From positions 1-31,993 of the IMG/VR virus record IMGVR_UViG_3300012953_000114: 31,993 nt of DNA; one strand, 5' to 3'. The notes below the pieces were generated by a model that worked only from the letters and a program-made list of their open reading frames with translations, ran no database searches and had not been told where the DNA came from. Numbering within the stretch: the first letter of the stretch is position 1; each line of letters begins with the position of its first letter. The stretch comes from a virus. Its lineage: Duplodnaviria; Caudoviricetes. Positions 25,709-31,993 of the stretch are shown piece by piece. The position numbers and the translations under genes are program-made.

Positions 25709-26027
25709 GGTTTACCCGCGCCCTCGCGTTATCTTTTGCGACGTTGACGAGACGTTAATCGTCGACGGGCGCGTTAATGCTTCTCTCGTTTGTTGGTTAA
25801 TGGCGCGGGCGGAGGAAGGTTTTAAAATTAACATATGGAGCGCGAGAGGCGAACGGGCGGCGGTTGATGCGGTCGCCCGGTGCAACCTCGGCGGGATCGT
25901 GAACGCGACCCTTTCAAAACCGGGAATCGTTGTCGATGATCTCGGATGGGATTGGACGCAATACACAAGGACAATCGACCCGACCTCGTTAACCTATCCC
26001 GCGCCGGATCAAGGGGGTAACGTGTAA
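25602..26027 (+). CDS. Small HAD-superfamily hydrolase (start uncertain)
   Basis: IFCDVDETL (DxDxT), IWSARG, K and VDD motifs. Confidence 0.7.
   Translation: MPSVFNFTRSLSKKRVTSSRAKSRGRASRKSPGSRKVYPRPRVIFCDVDETLIVDGRVNASLVCWLMARAEEGFKINIWSARGERAAVDAVARCNLGGIVNATLSKPGIVVDDLGWDWTQYTRTIDPTSLTYPAPDQGGNV
25992..26023 (+). promoter_or_regulatory. Late promoter motif variant (ACCTATC-N19-TAACGT)
   Basis: Ends 5 nt before ATG 26029. Confidence 0.55.
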
Positions 26028-26028
26028 G

Positions 26029-26661
26029 ATGGTGGGCGTTCGTCACAAGATCACAAATCACAAGGATTGGAATCGGGCGTTCCATCTTTACGCCAAAAAG
26101 GCGCACAAAAAAACGGAGGCGGAAATTATCAATCGAGCCGCCGGAAAAGCGACCTCGAGAGCGTTGGCACTAACACCACGGGCGGACATTACCGACCGTC
26201 CTCTCGGGAAGGAATACAATCCGAAAATCAAATCGCGTTGGGGAACATATAAAGGAAAAACGTGGTATGCATTCATGGCGAAAAAAGGTTTTAAGAAAGG
26301 AAACATTTTCGCCGCCGCTCAAGAGAAATACAATGATCGCCGCGCCGCGAAAGGTTCAATCGCGGCGGGATTTATTAAGCCGATTCGCGAGTTCGGAACG
26401 GGCGGGAAAATGAACGTCCGAGGTTTTGGAGAATCAAAGCTCAAAACCGGCGGTTCGGTTTCTCGGTCGTATGGGAAAAAGGCTCGGTCGCGACGCGGTA
26501 AAACAAAAGCGGTCGCACATAACGCCGTCGCGGGTTCTGATCCGATCGCACTCCCGGCAATGAAACAAGGAATCACTGATCAAATAGAAGACATGAGACG
26601 TTGGGCGTTAGGATTAACACAAAAGACCGCTCGAAAATTTAAACAACGAAAGAGGGTATAA
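26029..26661 (+). CDS. Highly basic virion morphogenesis protein (gpZ/HK97 gp10-like)
   Basis: Lys/Arg-rich; AEIINRAA...ALALTP N-terminal pattern. Confidence 0.5.
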   Translation: MVGVRHKITNHKDWNRAFHLYAKKAHKKTEAEIINRAAGKATSRALALTPRADITDRPLGKEYNPKIKSRWGTYKGKTWYAFMAKKGFKKGNIFAAAQEKYNDRRAAKGSIAAGFIKPIREFGTGGKMNVRGFGESKLKTGGSVSRSYGKKARSRRGKTKAVAHNAVAGSDPIALPAMKQGITDQIEDMRRWALGLTQKTARKFKQRKRV

Positions 26662-27758
26662 TGGCCGGACGCGCACAATTACACACGGTTTTCACTGGCG
26701 ACGATTCGCATTTTCAAAGAACAGTCCGACGCGTACAAGGGGCGGGGCAAAGGATCGCCGCGATCGGTTCCAAGCTTACAGGCGCACTCGGCGCACTTGG
26801 CGCGGGGATCGGATTAAAGCACGTTGTCGATCAAGTCGATTCGGTCGAGAAAAAAGCGGCGGGTTTAAACATGACGACCGAAAGCTTGCAAAGGTTGAAA
26901 TATACCGCCGAGCAATCCGGCGCAACTTTTGAGCAATTACAAGCAATCCTCTATCGCTTAAAACGACGAACGCACGAGGCAAGCGACGAGAACAGCGCGG
27001 CGGCGAAGAACTTTAAAAAGCTAGGAATTAACGTCGACGAGTTTAAGCAATTAGGAACCGAGGATATGTTATATCGTATGGCCGACGCTTTCAAGCAAGG
27101 CGGCGAAGACATCGACGCGATCGGTTCTTCGATGGGGTTACTCGATACAGAGGTTCGCGCATTGTTTCCGATGATGAAACTCGGATCGGATGGAATAAAG
27201 GAAATCGGAAAAGAGGCGTGGACATGGGGAGACAAAGCGGGCGAAGCGATAACCGGGTTAAAAGATCGTTTCCATACTTTAGCGAATAAAGGAATTGTTC
27301 TCGCGGTTAACGCAATGCACAAATTCGCCGACGCGATCGAAGCTGTATCTTTAAAAATCGAGGATTTAATGGACGCCGGAATGGGAACGCTTGTCGGTTT
27401 AACTAGTTCCGACCTTACCGCCGCTGAAGGAAGAGCCGGAGCGAGGGCGGAGCGAGAAAAAGAACGAGACGAAAAACGCCGCCGAAAGAATTTAATTGAT
27501 CAAGCCAAAAAGAAAATCCCCGACCCGACCGGAATACAATCGGCAACAAAAGCCGCAAAGAGCAAAACCCGAGCGGGCGGAAAATATGGCACGTTTGAAA
27601 TGGTCGCCGGATTTGCGGCAGGCGGAGCGGGCGCACCGTTGGCAAGCGCGGCCAAAAAATCACAAGACCAAACAAGGAAGTTTTTAGACAAGGCAACGAA
27701 GAACTCCGATTTGATTCTTAAGGGACTTAACAAAATAACAAGAGGGATCGCGACATAA
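26661..27758 (+). CDS. Tape measure protein (short)
   Basis: FTGDDSHFQR N-terminus, GLNMTTESLQRLKYTAEQSG and FKKLGINV motifs; helical and Ala/Gly-rich. Confidence 0.8.
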   Translation: MAGRAQLHTVFTGDDSHFQRTVRRVQGAGQRIAAIGSKLTGALGALGAGIGLKHVVDQVDSVEKKAAGLNMTTESLQRLKYTAEQSGATFEQLQAILYRLKRRTHEASDENSAAAKNFKKLGINVDEFKQLGTEDMLYRMADAFKQGGEDIDAIGSSMGLLDTEVRALFPMMKLGSDGIKEIGKEAWTWGDKAGEAITGLKDRFHTLANKGIVLAVNAMHKFADAIEAVSLKIEDLMDAGMGTLVGLTSSDLTAAEGRAGARAEREKERDEKRRRKNLIDQAKKKIPDPTGIQSATKAAKSKTRAGGKYGTFEMVAGFAAGGAGAPLASAAKKSQDQTRKFLDKATKNSDLILKGLNKITRGIAT

Positions 27759-28429
27759 TGGCAACGCCAAGTTACAAAGGAAAAAAAGGATTTCAGCAAG
27801 TCGCCGGGTTGACTCATGGAGTCGACGAGGAGGGTATGCAATGGATCGAGGTTCCTTTTATGGGAGCACATGGGAAAGCAAAAGAGTTCGTTGCAAAGTA
27901 TCCCGCCGGGGCGACTTGCCCGATTAAAGGGTTTGAACATTTGCGATCGAGAACTTATCCGGAGATCACCGAGGACAACGGCGCGTATTCCTCCGCGATC
28001 TTACGATTCGAAGGCATTCACCCTTCGGAATCTAAAGGCGAGGCAAGCGGCGCAAATATCAAATACACAAAGGAACTTAAGTCGCTCTCGATTAAAAGCA
28101 CCGGATCAAGCGAAGCAATCCCGGCAAACTTTACTTACGAAGCACCGATCGTTGTCGCAACTTACAAGACAAAATCAGAACCGAATACTCTTCGATATAC
28201 TTCTAAAATAACTAATCAAGCTTGCCCGATCTTAATTCGATTCGAGGGGCCGGACGACGCGACCCCGATTCGCGATCCTAGCCATTGGAACAAAAGTATA
28301 GTCGTCGCGCCTAAAACGGGATTAATCGTTTGTCGAACTCATTCAGTCATTCAAGAGAAGGAGCAAGTTCGCGGCGAGGGGTTTTGGAATGTTACCGAAT
28401 ATCACGCGAAATTTCTTGAGGCGGGCTAA
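27758..28429 (+). CDS. Distal tail / tail-tip protein
   Basis: Immediately follows the tape measure; beta-rich. Confidence 0.5.
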   Translation: MATPSYKGKKGFQQVAGLTHGVDEEGMQWIEVPFMGAHGKAKEFVAKYPAGATCPIKGFEHLRSRTYPEITEDNGAYSSAILRFEGIHPSESKGEASGANIKYTKELKSLSIKSTGSSEAIPANFTYEAPIVVATYKTKSEPNTLRYTSKITNQACPILIRFEGPDDATPIRDPSHWNKSIVVAPKTGLIVCRTHSVIQEKEQVRGEGFWNVTEYHAKFLEAG

Positions 28430-28568
28430 TGCATGAACCGCCGAAAAAAGCGCGTAAAGGTTTAAAGAGCCATGTTCGCGACATTAACGCGCTCCGCGAG
28501 TTTGTCTTAAAGACTCGCCTCATGCCCGAACAAGGGTTCGAGGAAACCGCGTCGGGAATCAAACCGCC
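28422..28568 (+). repeat. 147-bp direct repeat, copy 1
   Basis: Matches 29411-29557 with 10 mismatches by manual count. Confidence 0.9.
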
Positions 28569-29418
28569 AATCGGATATAAAAAACACATCCCGCAATTCT
28601 CCCCCGGTTTCGCTCGATCCGATCGAGAGACGGGCAACGGTCAAACCTTTTTCTTTTTTCGGCGAGGCGGCGTCGTTTATGTTCCTTATCATTCGGGAGA
28701 TGGAGTTACTCAGATTCCTTTGCATTCGTGCGTTCCTATTATTCCGACAATGACCGATTATGATTCCGCCGCGGATATAAAAATTATCATTTCACAAGAT
28801 GGAATCGACGCGGGAATGTTGCCGCCGAAGTTGCTCGCGCCGAGAAGGTCGTCGGAACATACCGGAAAGAGCGTCGTTTTTTTAAGCATTCCATTCGACG
28901 GTCGTTCGGAAAATATTGGAACGCGAGAATTAAGCGACGGAAGTTATACCGTCGGCGTCGAAGCCGATTCGGGCGAGGCCGTTTTAAGTGGTGACGTGGG
29001 AAATCCGCAAGGCGTCGGGAACACTGGCACGTCGTCGGGAACCGGAACAACTCACTTTCACCCCGGCGAATCAGATCATACACATAGCATATCGAACGCC
29101 AACGCCGATTGGAACAAACTCGGAGTTCCTCTCGAAGAAGTAAACTACGCGGTCGGAGCTTTGGGTTCGGTAAGTATTGGCTTAATGGAGTTTATCAACT
29201 TCTCCGCCGACTCATCGACAAGTATTAAAGTTCCTTTAGGTTGGTTTCAACTCGACGAACAAGGATATCTTATCGATATGCAATGGTATCAAGAGGGAGC
29301 GATGGGGCCGATCTCGATTCCGGGCGGATTTGTTGCGTCGGGAGAATCCAACGCCGAACGATCCGATCCGCCGCCGACCTCGCCGGATGGAAGTTCCAAT
29401 TATGAATTACCGGGCTAA
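28429..29418 (+). CDS. Tail-tip protein, paralog A
   Basis: Shares its N-terminus and the HxHxGESxHTH and PLGWF motifs with the next gene. Confidence 0.6.
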   Translation: MHEPPKKARKGLKSHVRDINALREFVLKTRLMPEQGFEETASGIKPPIGYKKHIPQFSPGFARSDRETGNGQTFFFFRRGGVVYVPYHSGDGVTQIPLHSCVPIIPTMTDYDSAADIKIIISQDGIDAGMLPPKLLAPRRSSEHTGKSVVFLSIPFDGRSENIGTRELSDGSYTVGVEADSGEAVLSGDVGNPQGVGNTGTSSGTGTTHFHPGESDHTHSISNANADWNKLGVPLEEVNYAVGALGSVSIGLMEFINFSADSSTSIKVPLGWFQLDEQGYLIDMQWYQEGAMGPISIPGGFVASGESNAERSDPPPTSPDGSSNYELPG

Positions 29419-29557
29419 TGCATGAACCGCCGAAAAAAGCGCGTAAGGGTTTAAAGAATCATGTTCGCGATATTAACGCGCTCCGCGAGTTTGTCTTAAA
29501 GACTCGCCTCATGCCCGATCAAGGGTTTGAGGAAACGGCGTCAGGAGTAAAACCGCC
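29411..29557 (+). repeat. 147-bp direct repeat, copy 2
   Basis: Matches 28422-28568 at an offset of 989 bp. Confidence 0.9.
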
Positions 29558-30464
29558 GATCGCGTTTTCGGAACATATTCCGCAATTTTCGCCGGGATTT
29601 AGTTTCGACACTCTTGGAACGTTTTTTTATTTTAGGCGCGGCGGTTTTGTGAATGTTCCTTTTAATGGGGAAACATTAGACGAAGACGAAGACCCCTCGG
29701 TTTCGTCGCTTCCTTATTATGCTTCAGTTCCGATTGCTCCGAGAATGATCGATTACTATTCCGGATTAAAAACCCCCATCGTTCGCCCTAATTCCGAAAT
29801 TGATTCCGGACAAAAAACCCCTGTTTTACTCGCACCGAGCGGAGAGGAAACCGTCGTAATCCTCGAGGTCGTATTCAAAAAGCGCGAAGAGGTTATCGGC
29901 ATGAGAGAAAAGGGCGACGAAACTTATTGGGTCGGGATGGATTGCGACGTTCCAGTTGCTGACGCGACGGATCGTTTTTTTACTGGTTCGACTTCACCTC
30001 CGACTGGAGTCGGGAGGACGGGCGATTATGTCTTTACCAACGAGGACGGCGAAGAGGAAACGCACAATCACGCCGGAGAGAGTTCGCATACTCATTTAAT
30101 GTATAATGTAACCTTCGATCATCGAAAACTCGGAGCGGAATTTCGACAAGCGACTTTTGCCGTTCACGATCCGGACGACGTCCAAGTTTATTTTATGAGT
30201 AAGGACACGTTCGACGGGTCGGCGGATTCTGTAAGCGGCGATGATTATAAGATATTAATTCCTCTCGGATGGTTTGAGCTTTCTTCTCAAGGAAAACTAG
30301 TTTCGCTAGATTGGTTTGCCGAGGGACAATTCGGGTTAATAAAATATCCGACCGGACATATTAAAAGCCCGCTCGAAGCTGATCGCGATCCCGCGCCGAT
30401 CACGTTCCCGACAGACGAAGAAAAAGAAGATACGACTTATGCCTTACCCCAAGGAGAGGACTAA
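29418..30464 (+). CDS. Tail-tip protein, paralog B
   Basis: Tandem paralog of 28429-29418. Confidence 0.6.
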   Translation: MHEPPKKARKGLKNHVRDINALREFVLKTRLMPDQGFEETASGVKPPIAFSEHIPQFSPGFSFDTLGTFFYFRRGGFVNVPFNGETLDEDEDPSVSSLPYYASVPIAPRMIDYYSGLKTPIVRPNSEIDSGQKTPVLLAPSGEETVVILEVVFKKREEVIGMREKGDETYWVGMDCDVPVADATDRFFTGSTSPPTGVGRTGDYVFTNEDGEEETHNHAGESSHTHLMYNVTFDHRKLGAEFRQATFAVHDPDDVQVYFMSKDTFDGSADSVSGDDYKILIPLGWFELSSQGKLVSLDWFAEGQFGLIKYPTGHIKSPLEADRDPAPITFPTDEEKEDTTYALPQGED

Positions 30465-30723
30465 TAAAGAAGTCGTCGAGCTTTCGGCGGGTTTGCTCTT
30501 TCCGCTTGCGAGAAAGCACGTCGGGCGACTAAACCCGTTTGTCGCTCAGGACATCGAGGCGAACGGATGGAAACAAGGCGAGCGAATAAAGTTAAACTTG
30601 CGACCCGGCACTATGCCGAGAATCAACGATGGCAATCATCGCCTCCGCTGGTTACACGAAAACGGACGCGGATCGATGAAAGTCCCGGTCGAGATTAAGA
30701 TCACCGCGCCGGGTTACGAGTGA
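30439..30723 (+). CDS. Stand-alone ParB/Sulfiredoxin-like domain protein
   Basis: VAQDIEANGW...I...INDGNHRL...VPV motif. Confidence 0.6.
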   Translation: MPYPKERTNKEVVELSAGLLFPLARKHVGRLNPFVAQDIEANGWKQGERIKLNLRPGTMPRINDGNHRLRWLHENGRGSMKVPVEIKITAPGYE

Positions 30724-30754
30724 ACTATCCCGCCGACTTCTCGGGTATTAGGTT
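30723..30754 (+). promoter_or_regulatory. Late promoter motif (AACTATC-N19-TAGGTT)
   Basis: Ends 5 nt before GTG 30760. Confidence 0.6.
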
Positions 30755-30759
30755 AGTTT

Positions 30760-31791
30760 GTGACTTCAAGTTTTAAGCTTTCCGGCGATCAAACCTTCGA
30801 CGAGTCGTTCGTTACGGGTAAAGACATTATTTTTCGGTCGTCCGAAGCGGCGGATACTGGAACTATAACCGCGTGGGGAACCCGTTCGTCGGGCGACAAA
30901 TACGGCGTCGCGATGACGAGCGAGAGCGCGGGCGGCAAGGTTGAAAAAAGCACGTCGGAAACTTGGAGCGCGGTTAATCTTGTAACGATTCCCTCGGCTT
31001 ATACCGGAATCCTCTCCGCTTACGTCGACAATGGCTCGAAGAGCGAGGGAGATATTCGCGTTGATTCCGCACCTTCGCCGGATGATTCGATAAGCGTCGG
31101 ACTTGCTGGGTTCGTGATAACGGGAACTTTTAAAAGTTCCGTCTCGGGAACGAACGAGATCAAGATCGACGGCACGACCAACACCGCGAAAAATATCGCC
31201 TCTTGGATTAACGACGCGGCGGGATCACTTGGGACGACCGAGGGAACCGATTACAACTCGAGCGCGGCGAATCCTTATCTCGTCGCCTCGGTAGCGTCCG
31301 ACGGCGTCGTTACCCTAACCGATAAGCTCGCAATCAATCGACAACTCGATTATTCAATCACACAAGGAACCGGAAGCACCTTAACCATTCGAACCCCGGT
31401 CGGCGGCGTCGACGGAACCAAGCTCGGCGAACTCAGCGTCGGGAATACCTCGATTTCTGATTCCGACGGTATCGATTTCACGACCGCCGATCTCGCGACG
31501 GAAACCCTTCCGAACGTAGGACTTACCGGAAACTCGGATTCGATTCTAGTCGGCGGGCGGTTTTCTCTCTCGCTTCGTTGCGGGACTGTCTCCGGGGGCG
31601 ACGCTTCTTTTAAATATCAAACAAGCGTCGACGGCGAGAACTGGCGCGACGGCGATACATCAATCGCCGCGCTTGCCTCCGATCAAGACCAAGTCGTTAC
31701 ACCTCCCGAGCTTGCCGAATACGTTCGTCTCGTGATAACCGCGAACACCTTAACCGACGGAATCGAACTCGACGCCCGACTTATTTCTTAA
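30760..31791 (+). CDS. Virion structural protein (Ser/Thr/Gly-rich)
   Basis: Beta-rich and acidic; C-terminal YQTSVDGENW...YVRLV module. Confidence 0.6.
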   Translation: MTSSFKLSGDQTFDESFVTGKDIIFRSSEAADTGTITAWGTRSSGDKYGVAMTSESAGGKVEKSTSETWSAVNLVTIPSAYTGILSAYVDNGSKSEGDIRVDSAPSPDDSISVGLAGFVITGTFKSSVSGTNEIKIDGTTNTAKNIASWINDAAGSLGTTEGTDYNSSAANPYLVASVASDGVVTLTDKLAINRQLDYSITQGTGSTLTIRTPVGGVDGTKLGELSVGNTSISDSDGIDFTTADLATETLPNVGLTGNSDSILVGGRFSLSLRCGTVSGGDASFKYQTSVDGENWRDGDTSIAALASDQDQVVTPPELAEYVRLVITANTLTDGIELDARLIS

Positions 31792-31993
31792 TGGCTCATC
31801 AATTTATCATCGACGACCGAACGGGCGCACTTTACGCCGATTTTACCGGGCGCAAAATCACAAGCGCGGCGGAAGTATTACAGGCCGAGCGCGGTCTTAA
31901 TCCCGAGATCCAGGTGTTCCTTGTAAACGTCCCGACCGACTCGGGCGCGATTACCGGGCAAACATTAACCGACGCCGATCTTTCGCTTACCGT
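31791..31993 (+). CDS. N-terminus of a tail protein (3'-truncated), probably the start of the 1-1563 gene
   Basis: TAATG overlap; MAHQFIIDDRTGALYADF...DADLSLT is open to the window end. Confidence 0.6.
   Translation, partial: MAHQFIIDDRTGALYADFTGRKITSAAEVLQAERGLNPEIQVFLVNVPTDSGAITGQTLTDADLSLT

Larger units (their letters stand above)
1..31993. mobile_element. Near-complete temperate tailed phage (siphovirus-like) genome, circularly permuted
   Basis: Terminase, lambda-type portal, protease-capsid, tail, lysis, switch, replication and integrase modules are all present. No host housekeeping genes. Both ends fall in tail-related ORFs. Confidence 0.95.

Noticed and set aside
28422-29557. Diversity-generating retroelement TR/VR pair
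   Set aside because: No reverse transcriptase is present, the mismatches are not adenine-specific, and the repeats lie at gene 5' ends.
1-31993. tRNA, rRNA or a complete queuosine/preQ0 pathway
   Set aside because: No cloverleaf or T-loop signature noticed in intergenic gaps by eye; queE, queC and queF motifs were not found.

Overview
The window looks like an almost complete ~32 kb temperate siphovirus genome, read as a circle opened inside a tail-fibre gene. A PVC/Verrucomicrobia-type host is inferred from the integrase and tail genes, not shown. Gene order: tail fibre/lectin genes; lysis module; a divergent switch region built from ribbon-helix-helix (RHH) proteins; an early operon (Xis-like HTH, replication initiator with internal iterons, SSB-like protein, RecE/DUF3799-like exonuclease, PD-(D/E)XK nuclease); a DNA-modification block (short TGT/DpdA-like transglycosylase, FolE and QueD, with no QueE or QueC); a candidate attP; a C5-cytosine methyltransferase carrying a nested +1-frame ORF; a tyrosine integrase; an antisense metallophosphoesterase; lambda-like terminase and portal; a protease-capsid fusion; and tail genes with a GGGAAAG -1 frameshift, a short tape measure and two tandem paralogous tail-tip genes. 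Most notable: (i) the truncated 7-deazaguanine-type cassette next to an MTase with an overlapping beta-like ORF, the two separated by the candidate attP; (ii) a six-copy bipartite motif A(A/C)CTAT(C/G)-N19-(T/G)ANNNT that in five cases ends 5-6 nt before a structural-gene start codon, suggesting a leaderless late-promoter system; (iii) lysogeny control that appears to use only RHH proteins. All calls come from reading motifs by eye; no database searches were run.
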